Part shown: in pieces, positions 48,900 to 60,880 of the stretch
Layout of the letters: the number at the start of each line of letters is the position of its first letter
Position numbering within the stretch: the first letter of the stretch is position 1
Origin: Dipteris shenzhenensis
Taxonomy: Eukaryota
Reading direction: 5' to 3' (one strand)
Length of the DNA: 64,000 bases
Assembly (NCBI GenBank): GCA_047967505.1
Contig: CM106538.1
The notes under the pieces: model-generated
The model's database searches: none
Seen by the model: the letters and a program-made list of their open reading frames with translations, nothing else
Told to the model about the DNA's origin: nothing
Translations under genes and position numbers: made by a program

Positions 48900-50500
48900 C
48901 AATTTCAGGTCGTGCTTGTGAATTTATCTTTACCTATGATTTTAAATAGGGCCATTTCATTTGTGGAGACTATTGCCAATCTTTTCATTGGATTATAGAT
49001 ATCTTTTTGACTTCTTACAAGTCTATCTGAAGAGGTATCTTATGTGTTCATGAAAAATTAAATGCATGCTTGTTATCTTGTTCCCTTCTAGAGACTAGTT
49101 TTAAAGATGTGTCAAATTCAAATTTATTATATATCCACTGGATAGTAGTTACCTTGTTGGCTTTGCATGAGTTATTTTCAAGATGTATGAAAGTATTTGA
49201 TTATGTATTCATGCCAAACTAGGTGAACAATTTATTGAAAGATCCATTTGGGATTACAAAGTTTTCTTGAAGAGGTATCAAAGCTATTGATAAGTTATTT
49301 GTTGGATGCTATTTATCTTGTTGGATGCTAGTTATCTTGTTTATATATGCATGTATCTTGATTTCTTAACTTTAACATTATTTCTTGTGTAGGACACTTT
49401 TTTTTGGTATCTACAATGTATGAGACTCATGAGTTGGTAGAGATTACATTCGAGCTTGGATTTGATTTTGCTCTAGGGTAAAAGCAGGTTAACTGGCACA
49501 ACATAGCATATCCCTAGGCATTGCTATTAGCACTCCTAGTAAGTTCTTCTAGCATATCAAAACAAAATTTTATACACACTTGTGCTTGTAGCATACCCTA
49601 TACACAAATTTGCCATAAGAACTATTCGTTGCACAATTTACTACATATATGCCATGTGGAAATAATTAATCTTTAGTGAAGTTAGAATAACTCTATTGAT
49701 TAGCACAAAGAGAACATTGTGGCTCTTTCATTGGATTTTAAATATCTACCAAAAGAGGTATCAAAGTCATTGATTATGTAACCATGGGAAACTCTTGTGT
49801 GTGTATGTATCTTGCTTTCTTGGCCTTCACATTCTTTTTTGTGTCTACAATATAGGAAACTCTTTTGGTACTAGAGATGACATTGCAATATAATGTCCCA
49901 ATTTTCAGGTCATGTTTGTGATTTTATCTTCACCTATGCTTTGAAATAGGAAGATTTCATTTTTAGAGAGTATTTGAATCTTTTTAGTGGATTTAGATAT
50001 ATTTGTTGGCTTGCTATGAGTTCGTCTAAAGAGGTATCAAAGTCAATGATTATGTGTTTATGCAAAACTAGTTGCATGATAATTATCTTGTTGCCTTTCA
50101 ATGAGTTCTTTTTAAGAGGTAGCAAAGTCCTTAATTATGTATCCATTGGATCGTAGCTATCTTGTTGGATTTCCATGAGTTTTTTTGAAGATGTTTGAAA
50201 GTCATTGATTATGTATTCCAAAACTAGTTGAACTATTTAGTGAAAGCATCATTTGGGACTATAAAGGTCTTTTGAAGAGGTATCAAAGCTATTAATTAGT
50301 TTTTCATTGGATGCTAGGTATCATCTTGGCTTCCCATAAATTCTTTTAAAGGCATATCAAAGTCATTGTTTAGGTATTCATGCAAAACTAGTTGGACTAT
50401 TTATCAAAAGCATTGTTTGGGACTATAAACTATTTTTGAAGAGGTATCAAAGTCATTGATTATTCATTCGTTGGTTGTTAATTGACTTGTTGGCTTCTTT
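48900..50500. repeat. Degenerate AT-rich tandem repeat array
   Basis: Recurrent GAAGAGGTATCAAAGTCATTGATTATGTATTC and GCAAAACTAGTTG motifs. Confidence 0.75.
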
Positions 50501-51020
50501 TGGGAAATGAAATCTTTAGTTTTGTGTCAAAAAGGACATTTTAAAGGATTTTGTCTTTGAGGACCCTTATTGTATATGATAACATGTATACATGTATTGA
50601 CTTTTTACGTGTTCATAAATGATTTTTACTATCTCCAAGTCTAGGAGATATTGTTCTCTATGATAAGAATGAATATGGAAAAAATGATTCTGGGATAGAA
50701 AGTTTTTTTCCCTAGGCACTAGAGGGTTTTTTAAATCGTGGAAGCATGTCACCCTATGCATCCAATATGAGGAGAGGAGATAGATTGCCTTTGTTCATCT
50801 TATCTTTACCATGATATTTGTCATGAAAATTGCAATCCTTGAAGGAAATTTGCATTCAAGAATGGTGCAAACTGCAAAACTCCTTTTTGTAACCTTAAAA
50901 GGACATTTTTATGTCTTGTTAAGTTACCAATCTACTCCCAATCTAGTGTTAATATTATTTGTCCTTGCATTAGCATTGAGCTATAAATAATTCCTATTTC
51001 AACAAGTTGCAAGTTAGATT

Positions 51021-51024
51021 CACA

Positions 51025-51112
<88 letters not shown>
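51021..51112. repeat. (CA)n microsatellite
   Basis: Seen directly; (CT)n and (AT)n follow at ~51446-51510. Confidence 0.95.
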
Positions 51113-51116
<4 letters not shown>

Positions 51117-51443
51117 TTATAGTTCCCCCCCAAAATCCCTCTCTACCTCTCCTTACACTGAAATATAATTTACAGCCCCCCCCCCAATCTATTTTTTTTT
51201 TGTTTACCCCCCTTCTATATAATTTCCAACCCCTTAAAAAAAAATATATCTTTTTAATTTACATATGTGTGTGTGTAGTTTTAAAATACTTATAAACACT
51301 CAACTTTCTAAGTATTTAACCACAGTTTGCATAGTCACTTCTATCCCCCTGTTGCTTTCACAAATAACCACTTCTTGCCTTATTGATAATTTGGCAGTTC
51401 TTTTTCTTATTTCATTATGTATTCAACCATAACTCTTTGGTTG

Positions 51444-51491
<48 letters not shown>

Positions 51492-52439
51492 GATATATAT
51501 ATATATATATAATAAATATATATTTGGCACTTCACTATCTATATACTTATTTAATTAATTAATATTTGTATTAATGAATTATTATATCTTTCTATTTATA
51601 TTTCTTTCTAAATATATATATATCTCATTATTTATCTTTCTTTATATTGTATAAATGATTGGCCGATAACATTTTACCCACATTACTTTTTAAATAATTA
51701 CTTTATTTTACTTCTTTATCACTCAAAACCTCAAGACCCAAAACCCCCCACCACACTCCTTTTAATTGACTACCTAATTGTCACCTTACCACCTTAGTAA
51801 GTTTCTACCCCCTAACCGTGCTCTAACCTCCCTTCTTACCTAACCACTCTTCCTTCCTAATTGGCCACCACCACCACCCTCCCTTGCATTCATTTCTATT
51901 TTCCTTCTTGGTCTTAATTGCATGGGTTGGCCATTTTTTCTCCTTGCATATAATTGTCGATGACTGCTTCAGTATTGTTGATTCCTCATGCCTCCATTGT
52001 GGCGCAAGCCTCCCTCTTCGATTTCCCAGGTGACTATCTCCCTCTTTGATCCTCCTTCTAACTTTCTACTCCTGCCTATGCTCTCGCAACGTCCCCCCTT
52101 CCTTCCTTTTTCTCTTCTGGTGTCCCTGTTCTTCATCACCTTGCAAGTTGGTTCTAATTCCCTTGGCCTTCTTGGGACCTCTTCTGTGGTAGCTACCTCT
52201 TTTGTCTCATACTCTCTCACGGCTGGTTTCTATTACCATTTATGCATGAAGTAACTTCTCCCTTAGCCACTTCTACTTCCTTTCTTGGTGAATCGTAGAT
52301 TCTTTAACAGCCATTATTTTGTTAAAGGTGATGGTTTTCTTTGCAAGCTATCCTCACGACATCGCTTCACACTCAAGGTTTGAGCTACTTTGCTTCTTCC
52401 TTTGGCTCGGTGCGCTTACTTCATAATTTTTACATAACA

Positions 52440-54975
52440 CACTACAAGACACGGGCCACTTTTCAACATAGATACCGATGCTAAATACAAATGATTTTTA
52501 AGAAAACAAGTCAAAAGTGTCAGAATGTCTATCAATGTGCGCATCGCAAAGAATGCATCGGTATCATTGTCGGTATGGGCACTGATATCTAAGTTTTCTT
52601 AGTGTCGATATAAGCGTCAATATTAGCATTGGTATATATCGATGCTGCAATGTCGGTATATACTGATGCTTTGATAGAATTTAAAAGTATTTTTGTGCAA
52701 TAGGGTGGGGTTGTTTCAGCCCCATCCTACCCTACAAATCTTTTTCTCCATCAGAATCATTTTAAAATGTTACAAAGAGGTCTACAAAATCATGTTACAA
52801 TGTTACAAGAAAGGTCTACAAAATGATGTGCACTACAAAATGGCAAAAGTGTCGAAGTTCAAATTGGCAAAGCTACCGAAGTATTGTGCTACAAAATGGA
52901 AAAAGTGCCAAAATACAAAATGACAAAATGTCCTATCCTACTCCTCCTCCTCCTCCTCCGAACTCTCCTCGAGTAGGAAGAGAAAGAAGTAGAGGATGAG
53001 AAGAAGGAAGAAATAAGAGAAGGAAATGATGAAGAAAGGATAAGAAAGAGAGAATAAAAGAGAGGGAATAAGATAAGAGAAAGAAGAAGAAGACATGAGT
53101 AAAAGAATAGAGTAAGAGAGGAGTAAAAGAATAATAGAGGCTATGAATAGAAAAAATAATAAGAGAAAGGAGTAAGAGAGGGAGAATAGGAAAGAGATTA
53201 GTGGAATAAAAGAGAGAAGGAGAGAAGAGAAGAAGAAATTGAAAGAGAGGAGGGGAGGAGAAAATGGGCAAGGGTTCCTAGGCCCATCACTACAGCAGCT
53301 AGCACTTAAGGTGCTAGCTGTAGGCCAATGTATGGATGAAAAGGAAAACAAGAGGGAGAGAATGCTTGTTCTTACATGTTAGAAAAGCTATCTACAAGAT
53401 CAATGGCATTGTTAGGTATTCTTCCTATCATATCACCTTGATTATATTTCAGACAATTTTAATTGATTGGTAGAAAATATTGAATCTCACGTGTGCTCAT
53501 GGAATAGGTGGATCCCACAAAAAGAAATTTCTATATCGAGCATCAAGAGGGCTCAAGTGGACTCCATGGAAGTTGTATGCTTGCTTGCGAAGCACTTTGC
53601 CTTAAGAAAAGGAGAAGAAGAAAGAGTTGGAAGAGAGGAAGAAAGAGAGGAGAGAGAAAGGGTTGAGAGGGGGGAAAAATGATCAGAAGGGAATAAGTAG
53701 GAAGAAAAGGAAGAAGACAAGGAGGAAAAAGAACATGAGAAGGAGGAGATGAGAAAGAAAGAAAGAAAGGAGAAAGTAAAGTGGAGAAGAAAGAATAAGA
53801 AATAAGAGGAATAAGAAAATGAATAAGAAGGAGATGAATCAGAAGAGCATAAGAAGAAAGAGTAGGCAGAGAAAGAACTAGAGGATAAGAAGAAAGAAGA
53901 AATAAGAGAAGGAAAGGAAGAAGAAATAATAAGAGAAGAGAGAATAAAAGAGAGGAAATAAGATAAGAGAAAGAAGAATAAGAAAGTAGTTAAAGAATAG
54001 AGTAAGAGAGGAGTAAAAGAATAATAGAGGCTATGAATAGAAAAAAGAATAAGAGAGATGATTAAGAGAGGGAGAAGACAAAAGAGAAGATAGGAATAAA
54101 AGAGAGAAGGCGAGAAGAGAAGAAGAAATTGAAAGAGAGGAGGGGAGGAGAAAAGGGGAAGGGGTTCCTATTCCCATCATGGTACCTATTGTTGAAGGTA
54201 CTAGTTGTAGTCCATTGTATGCACAGAAAGGAAAACAAGAGGGAGAGAATGCATGTCCTTACTTGGAGAGTATGTGTCTTAGGCACAACTACGGATGATC
54301 CCACATAGGGTTTTAGGTTTTTTCCCCTACAAAAGAGAGGAAACATACCATTTTTAAGAAATTTAAAATAGTTAGTGAAAGGAGGAGTTTGGAAAAGCAA
54401 CACACCAAAGGAACGGAGAGGAGACAAGGAGAAGCCTAAAAACAAAAGCAAAACACGAAAACAAGATGTAAAGATTACATATTCCTCTCTTTCATGATTT
54501 TTTTTTCATACATTGTTCTGAACTTTCATAGTTTTGAGAGAAAGAAAGGAAAGGAGGAGAGAAAATAAGAGAAAGGGAGGGAAACTAGAGGAGAGAGAGA
54601 AGGAAACATAAAGGAAAGACAAAGAAACAAAAAGAACTTGAAATAGGAGGAGATGAGAGAAAGTCTTACCTTGAGGTTAAGAGGGAGCTCTTGCAAGTCT
54701 TTGAGGTGGAGAGGGAGAATGTAGGAGAGGATGGAGAGATGGGAGGGGGATGGAGGAGTGAGAAGGCAAGGATGGAGGGTGATTGCAAGCCAAAATCTAG
54801 GAGGGAGGATGCAAGGAAGAAAAATACAAATGGCATCATGGGAAGGGAGGGTGTAGGTTTTTTTTTGTGGTACCATCGGTTTAACTGACAATGGTTTTGG
54901 CATTGCAGGATAGAAAAGCAAAAGTGGTGGTATGGGCATCAGTATATACCGACACCCATATCGATGAAACAAGGG
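52440..54975. mobile_element. CACTA derivative, left part (right boundary uncertain)
   Basis: CACTACAAGACACGGGCC terminus; ATACCGA/TCGGTAT subterminal motifs; purine-rich tracts; TNP2 fragment RWIPQKEISISSIKRAQVDSMEVVCLLAKHF (53505-53600) homologous to ~37157-37250. Confidence 0.75.
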
Positions 54976-54979
54976 TTTT

Positions 54980-55335
54980 AAACAGGGTTTGGGGGTTATG
55001 AGGGTTTAGGGTTCAGGGGGCATGGGGGGTTTAGGGGGTTTTAGGGATTTGGGGGGGGGGGTTTATAGGCGGTTTAAGGGGATTTTGGGGAGGTTTAGGG
55101 GGGTCGGGGGTGGTTTAAGGGGGTTTGAGGGGATTTAGGGGGGATTTAAGGGGGTGTTGGGACTTCAGGGTTTAGGGTTTGGGGGGTTTAGGGGATATGG
55201 AGGGGTTGGGGGGGTTGGGGGGGGGGGAAGTGAGGGGGGGGTTTAGGGGGTTTGAGAGGATTTAGGGGGAGATTTAAGGGGGTTTAGGGGGTGTCGGGGT
55301 TTTAAGGGGGTTTTGGTTCTAGATTTGGGGGGGAG
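54980..55335 (+). repeat. G-rich degenerate telomere-like (TTTAGGG) tract
   Basis: Repeated GGGTTTAGGGG and GGATTTAGGG units. Confidence 0.75.
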
Positions 55336-56019
55336 TGGGGATTTTGTATATTTTTGGGTGTTTGGACCTGACTTTGTGGGACGGTTTTAGATGTGTTCAA
55401 GTGAATAGATGAGTAGTGACAGCTCATTGGATGGGGGGCCACCTCTCAGGAGTGTGGAGTGGCTCTGTGAGAGGTTGCCTTGTCTTTGTACACATTACAG
55501 GCGAGAGGTTCCATCATTAGCACTATAGTGTCATGTGCCACTTGCAGATGTTGAAGAATATCAAAACACTATATAAAAAATTTTTGAACTTTCTCGCTTC
55601 ATTTGGACCTTTTTTTTTTAATTGGTCACCTACGCTCAATATCACTTAGTAGACTCATAAATTGGGTATTTTGGGAACACTAGATGTGTAAGTTCCACAT
55701 AACCGAAAATATCCCCAAGGTTGTAAGTGGTGACCTTTACTCGATACATCATGGGTAAATTTGCAAAAAAATGGATCGCCCCCTCACAAATATGGTCTAA
55801 TAAAGCTTAAAATGTTGTGCACCTCCACTCAATATGCAATATATGGAAAGAGTCAATGGTTGAATTAAATATATAGGGGGTGTATAGGTGCACCATTTGA
55901 TTGTACGGAAAAGAGTTTTTCGAATTCAATCTATAGGGGGTGTATAGATACACCATTTGATTGAATACCATTTGTATAGATATACCATTTTCTAGGAATA
56001 AGGCTTACAATATATTATC

Positions 56020-59000
56020 CTAGTATGCTTTTGAATCTTGTTCAGAGTCATCAGATTCTGGTATTGCATTTTCATGTGATGGGTTAAGCCTAGCCAAATG
56101 ATGTTTAATATGTACAAGGATAGGATCAAGAATTGTGATACATTTTTCAACATCATAGCCATAGGCTTCTTTTTGTAACATCGAGTCCTTGATTTCCAGC
56201 AATGAATAATGCTACTCACTTCCATGTTTGTCAAGCCCTCTTTATTTGGAATCCATTCACGTTTCTTTTGCAAGCAACCCTCATGATGGTTGTTTCACTG
56301 TGTATTTTTTGGGGAGATTTTTCAAAGGCTTTGGTTCATACCATAAAGCTGTGAATGTTATAGGAATTCCCTTTTGATCCCTTGCTATATGAGCAACCTT
56401 TGCCATACAAATTGGGCCACCTTGTTCATCCAACTCTGAATCTGCATCAGATGCCCAAACTATAACAAACATACACTCTTCAATCTCATCAGATGGTACA
56501 AACTCTGGTAAGGGTTTATCCCCCTTCCTACCACAATATTTTTGAAGTAAAAGGCATTGCTCAGCTTCTTCCTCATCTATTGTTGTATTTGTATCCAATG
56601 TGGATCTCGATGCCAGAGCTTCTTTTGGCTAAAAAGATTCAGAGTGTTCAATGCTTATTAAATTTTCTTGTTTTTGTAAAGATTTGACAAGTTCCTCAAC
56701 GAACTTGATTATCTCCCCATTCTTTATTGCCTGCTCAGGATATTTTTGCATCATACTTTGAAGATGTTTAATAATGGCATCCATGCCTTTCATTTCATCT
56801 ACATCAAGTGCTTTGTTCTTTACAAGAACAAATCTAGTTTCCTCCAATGGAGTTATTCTCTGTAATAAAGCATATGGCTCACTCCATAAATGATCTTCAT
56901 CCACTGAGTAGTGCTTCCATTGCATCACTTGAATATCATTATGCATGCTAAATCAGAAATAGTGTGGATTTGTGTGCCATGCTTCATCTCCCCCTTGTAA
57001 ATGTGGCTGTATGAATGCCCTCCAATCTACCATTCTCTCCAAGATAGCCACTTCTGATTCCTCCTTTTGAGAGCCTCCATTTTTTTTCCCAATTTGAGAC
57101 ATCATATCCTCCAATGTCAGATCATCCCTTGACTTTAACTCTCTAGAGATAACACTAAATATTTGATCTATGTCTTCATGTGTATGATCGACAAGAAGAA
57201 AACCAACTTCCACTTCTTCAAATATTTTCAATCCAACCAGCATAGAGCATAAGCCAAATATATATCTATTCTTATTTTCTCTCTAGCAGTTATCGGCATG
57301 TATACGCAAGGTGCGAGGTAAACATCTACATGCATCTCTTACCTTCTGTATTGCTTTTATGATGGATGTTGCGACTTGGTTACTATCATGTTCATGCAAA
57401 TAATAAATCCATACATTGCATAAAAGATTCAAAATCCATGCACTAATACTCCACACAAATGTGTTTCTAGTCCACGTTTACCCTCCAATGGCGGTGGGGT
57501 ACGTCTATACCTTGGTAATGTTGTTGTATTCTGATCCACGCCATCAATGGTAATGCACATGGACTTTTTGACATGCACAATAGCTTCCTCTCTGCAAGAG
57601 GCATACAACAATTAATCTAGCATCTTGCACATGAGTTAGATGGATTGTTCGCCATCTTATATATTTTCCTTACTTGTGCTCACATCAAATATGTTCAATG
57701 GCATTTTTCAATTCATCACATGTATTCCATTTTGACATCCTTTGCTTTGATGGTGTCTTGACATGGAAAGACTGTCCACACCAAATTTTATACAAGGTTG
57801 CCCTTGAAATCATGCTCTCTTCTCTATCTTATAAATTTTTATTGACTGTTCCAAGCACAACCTTCTTTGTCATTCCCAAAAGATGATGATGTTGGCATTC
57901 CACACTTCCATTCAGCATTGTTTGTGGAAGATGAGGTTGTGGTAATGCATGGTCATCAAGGATTTTCTTTAATGTTGCAGCAGCATTTCTAGTGCTTCTT
58001 TTTCCTTTAAGCTTGTAGGCATTTCCATGAATTTTGTGAATCACTTTGTCTTTTACCTCTACCTAGATGGTCCAATATGTACCATTAACCATGGGTTTCA
58101 ATTTGGGTTTACAATGTCTTGTCCTTGAGTCCTTATCACCTTGATGAAGAAAACAAGAAAACTCTTAAAGAAGATAGTTATGTGTATTAGTCCCTGTCTT
58201 ACTCCAAATGCTGATGCGCATGGCTTCACAATCATCTTTTGCAACTTTTCTTATGCAAAGTTTCCTACAACAAAGGCGCATAAGAGTCCTTTCTATATTC
58301 TCCTCATATAACATTACATGCCTCTTGGATTCTGGAATTGGTGCCATGATTTGTCGCTTCTTGGCACTCACATACTTTCTTTTTGTGATGAATAATGTCT
58401 TGTGTGTCCATGTTGTGTGTCCATTATCTGGCACTGAATCTATTTCCCTTGAATCTTCATCTCTAAAATCAAATGCAGAGTGCCATTGGGAATTATTTGA
58501 TGTCACTTTATAATATCTTGGAATTGGCAATCTAGTAGACAACTTGTTCATTAAAGTCAACCTGTTCTTCCAATGCCTCTTGAATTTTGTGGTTGAAATA
58601 TTTCTCCTTCACAATTAGATGTTCTGCCATCCATATGCTCCATGCTAGTAAGTACATTAGGACCATCACAAGTCTTATATGTTCTGCCATATCTATCCTC
58701 CATTCCAATGACAACATCATGATCATGATCATTAATATCAACAATTCTAGTGAGCATGTTTGAGTTGCTTCCAATACAAGACAAGTCTTCTATGCATGTG
58801 AGAATGTTTGAGTCGCTTACAATACAAGACAAGTCTTCTATACCAGTGAGCATGTTCAAGTCTCTTGCAACACAAGACATGTCCTCCATACTAGTGAGCA
58901 TATTGGAGTAACTTGAAACCTCTCTTGCATCAACATCACTTATTATAATGTCCTCAACACCTGAAAGCATGCCACTATGGTAGTCTTTAGAGCTACCATG

Positions 59001-59900
59001 ATTTCTTAATTTTAAGCCCATTTGTCTAGGTCTTTTCTTCTCATAATACTTTCCTATATCTTCCACCACATTGAAGGAAAATTTCTTGATAGATAAATTT
59101 CAAGAAAGCTAATCCCCATTTGACAATGTTATGAACCTGAAGATGAGATGTAGTATTAGGAACCTCTAGATGTGACATATTATCTATTGCATTTCTAATG
59201 ACCCCTTCACTAGTCAGCTTAATTACCTCCACCATACAAAGAAGAATATGAGCATAGCCTTTAAATATGCCAAGTGCTAACACTTCTCCTGAGCAAGACA
59301 ACATCTCAACTTTCCCCCCCTCAAAGAAAGTTCTCTTGATATCTTGAAAGTAGATCTTAGGAACGATTTCATCTCGGTCCCAAAGAGTTCTATGTGCTTG
59401 CATATCAAAAATGTCACATTGTAACATATCACCCAATGTTTCAAAGTCTCCACTCGAGGGGGTCACTATGTATAAACCCTCTATATCACGTGCGTTCAAG
59501 GCCTATTTCTAAAATCACTTATCTGTAAATTTGTCATTAATAAAATGTACCCCTTTTCTATACAAATCTGTAAATTTTTCCCAAAACTATTTTAAATAGT
59601 CCCTTATGTATATTTATTTCTATAAATTTTAGAAATAAAATATATCCTTATGTTGAACTCAGGTGATAGGGTTACATACGATGAGTGACTCCCTCGAGAG
59701 TCTCCATGTGGATATTTTAAATGCACTACAAGACTTAGAACTTTGGTGATTATCACCACACATCTCCTCTCACCACAACGTTGAAAATGACACACATTCA
59801 TAGGATCAAGACTATGCATTTGTTCAAAGCCTATGACTTCATTATACTCGTATAACACCACCTCTAAACCCTCTGTTAGGGTAAATACTTGTAACAATTT
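56020..59900 (-). pseudogene. Sola1/DUF7869-like DDE transposase, decayed (ends approximate)
   Basis: ITIDGVDQNTTTLPRY; LPRTLRIHADNC*RENKNRYIFG; GFLLVDHTHEDIDQIFSVIS; upstream CCRKLC motif. Confidence 0.7.
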
Positions 59901-60069
59901 TAGAAATAAAGCATTAGCAACTATAAAAAAACCCAACAAATCTCACACTTGAAATCAAAATACAATATATATTGATGTGTACCCCAACGTAAACCCTGAC
60001 CCTAAATTCTAAACCCTAAACCCTAACCCTAAACCCTAAACATAAACTCCAAACCCAAAATCGTAAACG

Positions 60070-60880
60070 TACCTCCAACCTATTGCATATGCAATAGGAT
60101 CGTGGAAACAACCACAATCTGTTGCACAAATCACCAAAATTTGGTGATTTGTGCAATAGGTTGGGGTTGCACCCACCAACCTGTTTGGGGGCACTCACTA
60201 AATTTTGGTGATTTGTGCAACAGATTGGGGTTGCACCCACAAACCTATTGCACATGCAATAACCCGTTGCAAAAATCACCAAAATGATAAATTATTACTT
60301 GTATTTTAGGGTTCAGCTAGGGTTTGTAATCTAGAGTCTCAGGTTTAGAGATTATGTTTTAGGATCTAATATATAGGTTCTAAGGTTTAGGATCCACCAG
60401 GTTGTAGGGTTTAGGGTTTATGGTTTAGGATTTATAACTTTGTATCTTAGGTTGGGGTTGTACCCACCAACCTGTTGCACATGCAATAGGTTGGGGGTTC
60501 CCCCAACCTATTGCATGTGCAACAGGTTTAGGGTGCAATAGGTTGGGGTTGCACCCACCAACCTTTTGCATGTGCAATAGGTTGGGGGCCCCCCCAACCT
60601 ATTCCATGTGCAATATGTTGGCCTCCCCCCCCAACCTCCTACATGTGCAACAGGTTGGTGGGTGCAACCCCAACCTATTACATGTGCAATAGGTTGGTGG
60701 GTGCTAATCCCAACCTGTTGCACAAATCATCAAATTTGGTGATTTGTGCAACAGAGTTAGCACCCACCAACCTATTGCATAGGTTGGGGTTGCACCCAAA
60801 AATCTGTTGCACATGCAACAGGTTGGAGGGTGTCCCAACCGATTGGACATGCAACAGGTTGGTGGGTGCAACCCCAACCT
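60070..60880. repeat. Array of palindromic repeats CCAACCTATTGCACATGCAATAGGTTGG
   Basis: Many direct and inverted copies; telomere-like CCCTAAA run at ~59990-60045 and TTTAGG-like run at ~60305-60450. Confidence 0.88.

Noticed and set aside
54980-55335. True telomere or chromosome-fusion site
   Set aside because: Repeats are highly degenerate, short and embedded among transposon sequences.
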